Source: a virus. From it: 64,000 nt of DNA. Where the stretch lies: the IMG/VR virus record IMGVR_UViG_3300025407_001359; one strand, written 5' to 3'. The notes beneath the pieces were generated by a model. The model ran no database searches. It was not told the origin of the DNA and saw only the letters and a list, made by a program, of their open reading frames with translations. Of this stretch, positions 38,337-46,922 are shown piece by piece (the first letter of the stretch is position 1; each line of letters opens with the position of its first letter). The position numbers and the translations under genes were made by a program.

Positions 38337-39809
38337 ATGAAATTTGTTGCCTACCTATTTGTTGCTGTTTTACTTGCCGGACTTGGTCAGTGCAATCGAG
38401 CTCACGCTGCCGGGGTAGCTGGCTGGAACTACACTACCTATTATGCTGGTGGCGCCAGTCCTAGTACAAGTAATAGAACTGTAGATACTACAGGTGTAAC
38501 TACGTCAATCAATTATGACTGGGGCGGCGGTTTAGTTTTAGATAGCAGACTGTATGATGGAGTTATCATACACTTTCAAGGCTACTTGCAAGCACCAACT
38601 ACAGGAACTTATTATTTTGGCATTACCAGCGACGACGGCAATCAGTTAACTATCAACAATACTGTAGTGACTGCCTGTTGGTGCGAACAAGGACCTACAT
38701 TTAGATCGGGCAGTATATATCTCACAGCAGGACAAATAGTACCAGCGGATATTTGGTATTATGAAAACGGTGGCGGTGCCATGGTACAATTTTGGTGGTA
38801 TACCAACGGTAGTTGGCAAATAGTACCTACGTCAATGCTGGCTACCAGTGCCAGTTATTGGGGGCCCAGTGTTACAGGGTATGGCGGTGGAACCGTTACA
38901 ACTACATCAACTTCGGGATCTGTGACATCTACCTACAACCAACCTGTGACCATTACCTACTACAGCGATGGCTCACAAACCACTGCCAACAATGGCGCCG
39001 CTACACTGATCAGTACAACTGACACAGGTGGATCTTCAACCATCACTGGCACACAACAACAGATGGTCAACGCAGTGGCCTCAAGAATGCCTGGCCTGGG
39101 CGACAACAGCATTTATATAAATCAAACTGGCACAGGCGACACCATTAATATTACACAAAAAGGTGCCGGAAACCGTATTGACGGAGCAACAAGTACTGCA
39201 AACGGACCAGGCTACACCACGGCCGCGCCCATCACCGGCGGCGGTAATCACATTACTGTACGACAACAATCAAACAACAACCTAATTGATTTGGCCGCGG
39301 TGGGTGGCAACAATACTCTTAACCTAAATCAAGGCACAGATAGTAACGGTAATTCAACTGGCTTGGATACTGGCGGACACTATCAGTTTGACTATGTGAA
39401 TGGCACAGGCAATAACTTGACAGTAGTTCAGGAAAATACTGCCACTGGCGCCGGGCAATTTTCCAGCGTGGCCATAATAGGCAACTTAAACACCGTGGGC
39501 ATTACACAAACCGGCAACGCCAGAAATCAATTGTTTGCCACAGTATCGGGCAACAGCAACAACATAACCACAACACAAACAGGAACCAGTGCTGGCTACG
39601 TCAACATCAATGCTTCAGGCAATGGTAACTCTGCTGTGGTAACACAATCAAACGCCGGTAGTGGCGGATCTAATAACGCATCAATAACTTTAATAAATGC
39701 AGGAGCACCGGCGTCGGTGAACCTGACACAAACAGGTGGGCAAAACTATTCGGTAACACAAACCTGCGCCACCACCTGTGGTACAGTAACCGTACGTCAA
39801 GGAAACTAA
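38337..39809 (+). CDS. Secreted PA14-domain / curlin-repeat fusion protein
   Basis: Signal; GYLQAPTTGTYYFGITSDDG..YYENGGG (PA14); C-terminal curlin-like repeats (INQTGTGDTINITQKGAGN). Confidence 0.8.
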   Translation: MKFVAYLFVAVLLAGLGQCNRAHAAGVAGWNYTTYYAGGASPSTSNRTVDTTGVTTSINYDWGGGLVLDSRLYDGVIIHFQGYLQAPTTGTYYFGITSDDGNQLTINNTVVTACWCEQGPTFRSGSIYLTAGQIVPADIWYYENGGGAMVQFWWYTNGSWQIVPTSMLATSASYWGPSVTGYGGGTVTTTSTSGSVTSTYNQPVTITYYSDGSQTTANNGAATLISTTDTGGSSTITGTQQQMVNAVASRMPGLGDNSIYINQTGTGDTINITQKGAGNRIDGATSTANGPGYTTAAPITGGGNHITVRQQSNNNLIDLAAVGGNNTLNLNQGTDSNGNSTGLDTGGHYQFDYVNGTGNNLTVVQENTATGAGQFSSVAIIGNLNTVGITQTGNARNQLFATVSGNSNNITTTQTGTSAGYVNINASGNGNSAVVTQSNAGSGGSNNASITLINAGAPASVNLTQTGGQNYSVTQTCATTCGTVTVRQGN

Positions 39810-39810
39810 C

Positions 39811-40002
39811 GTGATATCATTTACCGTAAACAAATATCGATACTACGAAGATAATTTAGATGATGTAAGTTTGTATGTGCATGAATGCGGCGGATATTTT
39901 GAAATACAAAGATATGTGGTAGAATTTTATGTGCCAACAGAATATCGAGATTTTATTATGATCAAATATCCATTTTTAGAGGAGGTACCTTATGTTTATT
40001 GA
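39811..40002 (+). CDS. Small hypothetical protein
   Basis: GTG start after AAGGA. Confidence 0.55.
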   Translation: MISFTVNKYRYYEDNLDDVSLYVHECGGYFEIQRYVVEFYVPTEYRDFIMIKYPFLEEVPYVY

Positions 40003-40171
40003 ATTACTGGCTCAAATTGCCGGCGGCTTATTTGGTCTTGCTGTTGCGTATGCAATGCACAGATTTGTTGAAAGACCATACGAACGCAGTACACAAGAAG
40101 CTCGGGTCAAGTACGAAGCCGAAATGGCAGAAATACGTCGTCAAAAAGAACAGTTGCGTAAAGCTAAATAA
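39992..40171 (+). CDS. Small TM + coiled-coil protein (59 aa; not in ORF track)
   Basis: GAGGAGG RBS; MFIELLAQIAGGLFGLAVAYAMHRFVERPYERSTQEARVKYEAEMAEIRRQKEQLRKAK. Confidence 0.65.
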   Translation: MFIELLAQIAGGLFGLAVAYAMHRFVERPYERSTQEARVKYEAEMAEIRRQKEQLRKAK

Positions 40172-40240
40172 GTGTGCGGGCACAAGATAAGGTGTCGTGG
40201 GAATCCGTAATCCACGCTAAGGGACCGAAAGGTCCTTTTT
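40172..40240 (+). ncRNA. Candidate small structured RNA (three hairpins ending in a terminator)
   Basis: TAAATA at 40165; hairpins TGTG/CACA, CGTGG/CCACG, AAGGGACC-GAAA-GGTCCTTT plus T-run. Confidence 0.35.
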
Positions 40241-40244
40241 CTTT
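40219..40244 (+). terminator. Intrinsic terminator with GNRA tetraloop
   Basis: AAGGGACC-GAAA-GGTCCTTT followed by TT-CTTT. Confidence 0.85.
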
Positions 40245-40259
40245 GTCACAATTTTCTGG

Positions 40260-40298
40260 TTGACAACAGCTAAATACTATGTTACAGTTTTATTACAG
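40260..40298 (+). promoter_or_regulatory. sigma70-like promoter with embedded late box and Pho-box-like direct repeat
   Basis: TTGACA-17-TACAGT; TAAATA at 40271; reverse complement of 40281-40298 is CTGTAATAAAACTGTAAC. Confidence 0.5.
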
Positions 40299-40319
40299 TA
40301 ACCGAAAGGGAGATAAGCT

Positions 40320-40478
40320 ATGAAACAACGGAAATTAATTTCTCAAGTGTATCAGGCTTGTGTTGACCACGATGCCGAGAAACAGTTTGAACTTCGCAAA
40401 AAAGAGTTCGCCAAAATCTTGAAACACAAGGCCGAAGGCAAACCATTTACACCAAAATGGACAGTAGTACAGATTTAA
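40320..40478 (+). CDS. Small basic protein (52 aa; not in ORF track)
   Basis: GGGAG RBS; [52 protein letters not shown]. Confidence 0.6.
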   Translation: MKQRKLISQVYQACVDHDAEKQFELRKKEFAKILKHKAEGKPFTPKWTVVQI

Positions 40479-40523
40479 TTATACTGTAATACATCAACTA
40501 CCGATTGGGCGGTAAATACGATT

Positions 40524-41291
40524 ATGAATCGTACTTATCGCTCAATTTTTATTTCCGATGTACACTTTGGCACCAGAGATTGCAAGGCCGAGGAACTCAA
40601 CAACTTTCTCAAACACAACACCTGCGAAACACTTTATCTAGTGGGCGATATAATTGATGCTTGGAAAATTCAACAAAACAAGTGGCGCTGGCGACAGAGT
40701 CACACCAATGCTGTCAGACGAATCTTGGGCCACGCTAAACGTAACACACGAGTTGTATACGTAGCTGGTAACCACGACGAGTTTCTTCGTCCACTGATAC
40801 CATATGGTATGGGTTTTGGACGAGTAGAAATTGTAAATCAATGCGAACACGTGGGAGCCGATGGCAAACGTTATCTGGTTACTCACGGTGATCTGTTTGA
40901 CGGTATTACCAAATTGGCGCCTTGGTTAGCCTTTTTGGGTGACAAGATGTATGACTTTGTGCTAAACTTGAACTCTAGCTACAACTGGATTCGTCATCGT
41001 CTAGGATTTGGCTACTGGTCCCTGTCAAAATTTCTCAAACACAAAGTAAAAAGTAGTGTAGATTTCATTTTTCAATTTGAACGGAATCTAGCAACATACT
41101 GTAAAAAACGTGGCTTCGATGGTGTAATATGTGGGCATATACATCACGCAGAAATCAAAGACATTGACGGAGTCACATATATGAACGATGGCGATTGGGT
41201 GGAATCAATGACAGCCTTGGTCGAACATCACGACGGGCAATGGGAAATCATAACCTGGACACAAGCTCATGACAGTATTACTTCTAACTAA
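40524..41291 (+). CDS. plcP: PlcP-like metallophosphoesterase (phospholipase C; LpxH-like annotation family)
   Basis: SDVH, GDIID, GNHD, HGD, GHIH plus PlcP-typical LAFLGD..YD, YWSLS, DGDWVES.TALVEH. Confidence 0.8.
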   Translation: MNRTYRSIFISDVHFGTRDCKAEELNNFLKHNTCETLYLVGDIIDAWKIQQNKWRWRQSHTNAVRRILGHAKRNTRVVYVAGNHDEFLRPLIPYGMGFGRVEIVNQCEHVGADGKRYLVTHGDLFDGITKLAPWLAFLGDKMYDFVLNLNSSYNWIRHRLGFGYWSLSKFLKHKVKSSVDFIFQFERNLATYCKKRGFDGVICGHIHHAEIKDIDGVTYMNDGDWVESMTALVEHHDGQWEIITWTQAHDSITSN

Positions 41292-42150
41292 ACAAACAAA
41301 AAAAGCCTACGAACGCCGCCGCCTGGAAGAAAGTTTTGCCGATAAAAAAATCAAAACAACTGTCAAGCATCCAAAAGACTTTGATCTGGTAGTGACTCAC
41401 GAAATAGAACACAGCGTCAAATTGAATGGTCAAGATTTTGAGTGGCCCAAATTTGTAATACTGCGTGGCACCAGTGGCGAAAACAATTTTAACCTGGCCA
41501 TTATGCGAGAATTTGAACAGGCCGGAATTCCAGTTATCAACAGTCCCACAGCAATTGAAAATGCCCGAGACAAATTGCGTACTTGCCAGATTTTGGCCAA
41601 CAACGGTATTCGTATTCCCAAAACTTTGATGTTCAAGTGGCCGGTGGATGAAGAATTGATTGAACGAGAAATAGGCTGGCCCTGTGTGGTTAAGGTAGTG
41701 TCGGGCAGTCAAGGCAATGGCGTATATCTCTGCAAAAAACGCAAACATTTCACAGCCTTGATGAATATGGCAGTTACCTTGGGCAATCGTCAAACTCTTA
41801 TTGTACAAGAATACATGGCTGACCGAGTTGGCGAAGACCTACGTGTGTTGGTAGTTGGCGGACGTGTGATTGGCGCTATGCGCAGAATCAGCAATGATGA
41901 TTTTCGTGCCAACATCAGCCAAGGTGGCCACGGTGAGCCATTCCCTGTGTCAGACGAAATTGATTACATATCTAGAGAAGCTGCCAGACTGTTGGGACTA
42001 GAAGTTGCCGGTATTGATTTGTTGTTTGATGGCGACAGTTTCAGAGTATGCGAAGTAAATAGCAATCCAGGTTTTCGTGGATTTGAACGATACTGCGATG
42101 TCAATGTAGCTGATGCCATCACAGAATATATTAGACTAAAAATTCAATGA
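41269..42150 (+). CDS. rimK: RimK-family ATP-grasp ligase
   Basis: INSP.AI..ARDKL, GSQG.GV, IVQEY, DLRVLVVG, FRANISQGG, AGIDLL, EVNSNPGF. Confidence 0.85.
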   Translation: MTVLLLTKQTKKAYERRRLEESFADKKIKTTVKHPKDFDLVVTHEIEHSVKLNGQDFEWPKFVILRGTSGENNFNLAIMREFEQAGIPVINSPTAIENARDKLRTCQILANNGIRIPKTLMFKWPVDEELIEREIGWPCVVKVVSGSQGNGVYLCKKRKHFTALMNMAVTLGNRQTLIVQEYMADRVGEDLRVLVVGGRVIGAMRRISNDDFRANISQGGHGEPFPVSDEIDYISREAARLLGLEVAGIDLLFDGDSFRVCEVNSNPGFRGFERYCDVNVADAITEYIRLKIQ

Positions 42151-43145
42151 AAACTATATTGGTAATAACCGACAACCTAAAGGATCAAATCAATGGTGTG
42201 GTCACAACTTTCAAAAACCTGGAAGATCACGCTGGCCGTGATGGGTATCGTGTTGTTTATTGTGATCCCGGGCAGTTCCCTAATTTTGCTTGCCCTGGCT
42301 ATCCTGAAGTTCGTCTCTGTTGGCCGCACGGCATCAGTAAAAAAATTAAAGCGATATGTCCGGATTTTATACACATCGCTACAGAAGGGCCTGTAGGCCT
42401 ATTTGCAAGGTGGTGGTGTGAGCGCAATCATATTCCTTATAATACTAGTTATCATACTGATTTCCCCGAGTTCTTAAAGACCATGTACCGTGTGCCCAAG
42501 AGCATAACTTATTGGTACCTGCGTTGGTTTCACAAGAACAGTCATCGTGTGCTGGTTACTACTCGCACTATTCAACAGGATTTGGCACAGCACGGATTTG
42601 AACGTATGGTCGTATGGACACGCGGAGTCCGCAGAGACATTGAGCCTAGCCGGGAGCGTTGTGAACGTACACGCCCGTTGTTGCTCAATGTGGGCCGTGT
42701 CAGTAGCGAAAAAGGTCTAGCCAGCCTGGTGGAGTTGGACAGTGACCAGTACAACCTGGTCATTGTGGGTGATGGACCATATATGAGTCGTGCTAGACAG
42801 TTGTTGCCCGAAGCTCATTTTGTTGGCTACAAGTCTGGACAAGAATTAGTGGACTATTATCATCAAGCAGACGTTTTTGTATTCCCTAGCCAAGCAGATA
42901 CTTTTGGCCTGGTTATTATTGAAGCAATGGCACAAGGTTGTCCAGTGGCGGCTTTTCCTGTACAAGGTCCTGTAGACATTATCGAACAGGGTGTAAATGG
43001 TTATATGTCGTGGGACCTGGAAGAGGCTGTACGCGAATGCTTGACCCTAGATCGAAACGTGGTCAAACAGTCTAGTCAACAGTGGACTTGGGAAGAATGT
43101 TGGCGTATATTCCGTGAAAATCTAGTAGAAGCGGATAAATATTAA
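42147..43145 (+). CDS. agt: GT4 glycosyltransferase, Agt-like glycolipid synthase
   Basis: QINGVVTT, CPGYPEVRL, HIATEGPVG, TSYHTDFPE, VGRVSSEK, FPSQADTFGLVIIEAMAQG. Confidence 0.75.
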   Translation: MKTILVITDNLKDQINGVVTTFKNLEDHAGRDGYRVVYCDPGQFPNFACPGYPEVRLCWPHGISKKIKAICPDFIHIATEGPVGLFARWWCERNHIPYNTSYHTDFPEFLKTMYRVPKSITYWYLRWFHKNSHRVLVTTRTIQQDLAQHGFERMVVWTRGVRRDIEPSRERCERTRPLLLNVGRVSSEKGLASLVELDSDQYNLVIVGDGPYMSRARQLLPEAHFVGYKSGQELVDYYHQADVFVFPSQADTFGLVIIEAMAQGCPVAAFPVQGPVDIIEQGVNGYMSWDLEEAVRECLTLDRNVVKQSSQQWTWEECWRIFRENLVEADKY

Positions 43146-43165
43146 AATGTAAATAGGACTTTAAA

Positions 43166-44896
43166 ATGGCAATAACTATTGGTGGCGGCATAACAATTGG
43201 TAGCGGCATCAGCCTAGGGGGCGGTACAATTTCTTCTTCCCCTACACCAACCTATAGCGTAACACCCGGTGCTGGTAGCATCAACGAAGGCAGCGGTCTA
43301 ACATTCACAGTATCTGGTACCAACATCACAGATGGCACATACTACTGGGCTATCAATAACGTAACCACCAGTACCGCAGACTTTGGAACTAACTCTGGTT
43401 TGTTTACTATTACTGGCAACTCAGGTTCATTTACAGTAACACCCACAGCTGACAACTTGACAGAAGGAGCAGAAACCTTTACTGTATCTGTTCTCACAGG
43501 TAGTACTTCTGGTACAGTAGTCGCTACCAGTACTTCTGTCACAGTCAATGATACAAGCACAACACCTGCTCCAAGCTATACTGCAACTCCTACTGCAAAC
43601 AATGTCAACGAAGGCAGTAGCTTAACCATTAATGTCACAGGATCAAATATCACAGATGGCACATACTACTGGACCATTAATAACGGCACAACAAGTACTG
43701 CTGACTTTGGTACCAATAGTGGAAGTTTCTCCATTACAAGTAACTCAGGATCATTTAGTGTAACACCCACAGCTGACAACTTGACAGAAGGAGCAGAAAC
43801 CTTTACAGTACAAATCCGTACTGGTAGTACTAGTGGTACAGTAGTAGCCACAACATCAACCATCACCGTCAACGATACAAGCACAACTCCTGGCCGCGGT
43901 GGAAATCGAGTAGTATTCTTTGCGTACAGCAGTGCCCCAGCATCGTTTGGAGCCTATTCTGTTGATCCATACACTAGCATAGTGTCAAGTACCACTGTAC
44001 CACAGTCAACAATAACTGCTGGATATTGTGCATCTTCAGGCAACGTGTTAATGGTGGCGGACGGGTACGGACAAGGTGGCACAACCAACACCGCTGGAAA
44101 TGCATTGACTACCAGTGACGGTATTACCTGGAACCAGGTCACCAGATTGCCACAATTTAGTCCCAACCCTGCTAACATTCGTTGGAGCGGTCTTGCATAC
44201 GGTAACGGAACCTGGGTAGCAGTTGCAGGCGGTCCTAATGCACAATCTACACAAGTAGCCTACAGTACCAATAATGGAAGCACGTGGACCAGTATTAACC
44301 CGTTGCCTAGCAACTACTACGTCGGCGGTGGATTTGGTAATAATATTTTTGTGGCTCTTGCTCCGTTTGGTTCCAATGGATACAGCAGTACAGATGGAAT
44401 AACTTGGACACAAGGCCCAGTAAGACCGACCAATTTTTCAACAACACCGGTATATGTACCATCATTGAACAAGTGGTATGCAATTGATCACACGCCGAGC
44501 ACAAGTGGAAACTTGATGGTAGCAACTTCAACCAATAATATGTCATCATGGACCAGCAATACCTACTCAACTCCTGGTATTCTCTACTACGATAACGTAC
44601 TATGGGCTTACGGAAACGGAGTGTTTGTGGTACTAAATACTCTTCAGACTTTCAGTTACACCAGCACCGACGGTGTAAACTGGACACAACATTCTGGCGT
44701 ATTTTCGGGTCAATTCTATTGGAATAAACTGGTATGGACCGGAACAGAATTTATTGCAGCCAGTACCACCATAAATCCATATGTTTCGTCTTATTGGTAC
44801 AGTCCCGACGGAGCCACATGGACACAAATCACATCAGTTCCAGGAGATCCAACTGGCACACAAGGACTTCTATTAGATGGCCTGTTGACCTCATAA
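43166..44896 (+). CDS. Tail/adhesin-like protein: two Calx-beta/Ig-like repeats plus Asp-box beta-propeller
   Basis: Two 108-aa repeats; SxDGxTW boxes (TSDGITW, STDGITW, STDGVNW, SPDGATW); late boxes at 43136 and 43150. Confidence 0.7.
   Translation: MAITIGGGITIGSGISLGGGTISSSPTPTYSVTPGAGSINEGSGLTFTVSGTNITDGTYYWAINNVTTSTADFGTNSGLFTITGNSGSFTVTPTADNLTEGAETFTVSVLTGSTSGTVVATSTSVTVNDTSTTPAPSYTATPTANNVNEGSSLTINVTGSNITDGTYYWTINNGTTSTADFGTNSGSFSITSNSGSFSVTPTADNLTEGAETFTVQIRTGSTSGTVVATTSTITVNDTSTTPGRGGNRVVFFAYSSAPASFGAYSVDPYTSIVSSTTVPQSTITAGYCASSGNVLMVADGYGQGGTTNTAGNALTTSDGITWNQVTRLPQFSPNPANIRWSGLAYGNGTWVAVAGGPNAQSTQVAYSTNNGSTWTSINPLPSNYYVGGGFGNNIFVALAPFGSNGYSSTDGITWTQGPVRPTNFSTTPVYVPSLNKWYAIDHTPSTSGNLMVATSTNNMSSWTSNTYSTPGILYYDNVLWAYGNGVFVVLNTLQTFSYTSTDGVNWTQHSGVFSGQFYWNKLVWTGTEFIAASTTINPYVSSYWYSPDGATWTQITSVPGDPTGTQGLLLDGLLTS
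43253..43891 (+). repeat. Intragenic tandem duplication, 324-nt period
   Basis: ACCCACAGCTGACAACTTGACAGAAGGAGCAGAAACCTTTAC identical at 43441 and 43765. Confidence 0.9.
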
Positions 44897-44906
44897 TAAA
44901 TACTTG

Positions 44907-46922
44907 ATGCTCAAAAAAATACTTGTCAGTCCCTGGACTGCTCTACTAACTCTAGCTCTAGTTGTTGCTGTACGTGCAGCTGACCCTACATTTGTTGAAA
45001 GCGTAAGACTACGTTACTTTGATACTTTGGTAACAAGTCGGCCAGCTGAAACCATTGGTGTGGACGTGGTAAATATTGATGAAAAAGCCCTGGAACGATA
45101 CGGGCAATTTCCTTTTTCAAGAGACATATATGGAAAAATTATTAGTGATTTGTACCGTCGCAATGCGGGCCTTGTTGTATTTAATATTCTCACTCCTGAT
45201 CGTGACCGCCTTGGTCGAGATGCGGATTATATAGCCGCACTTAAACAATTCCCAACAGTACTACCCAGCATAGGTAGTACACAAACTCGTAACACTCCTA
45301 GAGCTCCAGGATCTGTAGTTATTGGCCCGTACGGCTTGGATACCTTTGTAACTTATCCTGGACTGATTGCCAATATACCTGCGGTGGAATCAGCGGCCGC
45401 TGGTGTTGGCGTTACCAATACACTCCCTGAAGTGGATGGTGTTGTACGTCGTATGCCCTTGGTAGTTGCTTACAATGGCAAACTGTATCCAAGTTTAGCA
45501 ATGGAGACCTTACGTGTGGCCGGTGCTGACTCCACAGTACAGATCAAAGTAAATGAAAATGGCGTTGAGAAAATGCGTATTCCCAAGTTTGGTCCTGTGA
45601 CCACAGACAGCTTGAGTCGCATCTGGATTGACTGGAGTCTAGTTCCAGAGCATTACAGTTTAACAGACTTGCCTCAGGATTTTGAAGGCAACATAGTCAT
45701 TGTGGGTGTGAGTGCCCAAGGTCTTGCTAATCCTGTTGCTACTAGTCGTGGTGAAATGTTGCCACAAGATTTACAAGCAAGTGTACTGGGTACAGTGATT
45801 GCCAATCGAGACAGACCGGCTATTACCAGACCTGACTGGGCCGACGGCGGCGAACTTTTAGCCTTGGTAGTATTGGGCATAGCGTTACTTTTTTTAACAA
45901 GGTGGGTATATGTTGGACTCGTTACTGGTGTTGTCACTATTGGTGTTTTGCTTCCTTTATCTCAGTATTTTTACACGAATTATCTTTGGCTTACTGACGT
46001 TACTGCCCTTATTGGCGGTCTTGTTGTTGTTCTCCTTCATGCTTACGGTGTTAAGTTTGTAAGCGAATTCCTACAGAAACAACAAATCAAAAAGCAATTT
46101 GGTAGTTATGTTAATCCTACCATAGTAGAACGATTACAAAAGGATCCATCACTGATTAAATTGGGCGGTGAACGCAAAGAGCTTTCAATTGTCATGACTG
46201 ACCTGCGTGGCTTTACTACACTAGGCGAAAGTTTTGGCGATGACGTGGAAGGCCTAACACAGATCATGAATGACTATATGACAGCCTTGAGTGTACCAGT
46301 ATTAAAGAACAATGGTACACTGATCAAGTTTATCGGTGATGCCAGCTTGCACGTACACGGCGCCCCGTTAGATGACGTCAACCACGCACATACCGCGGTA
46401 CTCACAGCATTGGACATGATTCGAGCTATCGAAGAATTTAACGTGGAGTTGGTGGCCAAAGGACGCCCACCGGTGGGTATGGGTGCTGGAGTCAACACCG
46501 GTGAGACCTTGATTGGTAACATTGGTGCCAAAACCAAATTTGGTTATGACGTGTTGGGCGACTCAGTCAGTACTGCTGCGCGACTAGAAGGACAGACCAA
46601 AGCATATGGAGTATTATTGATCATTGGCCCACGCACCGCAGAACTGGTACGCAATGAAATACCTGTAATGGAACTTGATTGCATAGCAGTCAAAGGCAAA
46701 ACAATTGGATTAAATATATATACTCCGGAACAGAGTACTAAAGAGCACGAAGATTTCTTAAAATTGTATTACGCCGGCGAATGGAAAAAAGCATTAGCAT
46801 TGATACCAGGGTGTGTAAAAGCCAACCCTAGAATGGAAAAGTACTATGATGCAATGGCCGCACGATTGGAAGAAGGTTGTCCCGCCAGCTGGGACGGAGT
46901 ATATCACGCTACTAGTAAATAG
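44907..46922 (+). CDS. CHASE2-domain class III adenylate/guanylate cyclase
   Basis: N-terminal TM, CHASE2 (IDEKAL..YGQFPF, DGVVRRMPL), 3 TM, TDLRGFT, KFIGDA, GVNTG, LGDSV..AARLE; late box at 44897. Confidence 0.92.
   Translation: MLKKILVSPWTALLTLALVVAVRAADPTFVESVRLRYFDTLVTSRPAETIGVDVVNIDEKALERYGQFPFSRDIYGKIISDLYRRNAGLVVFNILTPDRDRLGRDADYIAALKQFPTVLPSIGSTQTRNTPRAPGSVVIGPYGLDTFVTYPGLIANIPAVESAAAGVGVTNTLPEVDGVVRRMPLVVAYNGKLYPSLAMETLRVAGADSTVQIKVNENGVEKMRIPKFGPVTTDSLSRIWIDWSLVPEHYSLTDLPQDFEGNIVIVGVSAQGLANPVATSRGEMLPQDLQASVLGTVIANRDRPAITRPDWADGGELLALVVLGIALLFLTRWVYVGLVTGVVTIGVLLPLSQYFYTNYLWLTDVTALIGGLVVVLLHAYGVKFVSEFLQKQQIKKQFGSYVNPTIVERLQKDPSLIKLGGERKELSIVMTDLRGFTTLGESFGDDVEGLTQIMNDYMTALSVPVLKNNGTLIKFIGDASLHVHGAPLDDVNHAHTAVLTALDMIRAIEEFNVELVAKGRPPVGMGAGVNTGETLIGNIGAKTKFGYDVLGDSVSTAARLEGQTKAYGVLLIIGPRTAELVRNEIPVMELDCIAVKGKTIGLNIYTPEQSTKEHEDFLKLYYAGEWKKALALIPGCVKANPRMEKYYDAMAARLEEGCPASWDGVYHATSK

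Noticed and set aside
40524-41291. Call as lipid A enzyme LpxH
   Set aside because: Extra helical insert and motifs plus the adjacent Agt-like GT4 fit PlcP better; no lpx genes nearby
43253-43891. 324-nt near-identical repeat pair as a DGR template/variable repeat
   Set aside because: In-frame tandem domains; differences are not adenine-specific; no reverse transcriptase in the window
45880-46060. Abrupt T-rich compositional shift inside the cyclase gene
   Set aside because: Explained by transmembrane-helix codons; reading frame intact
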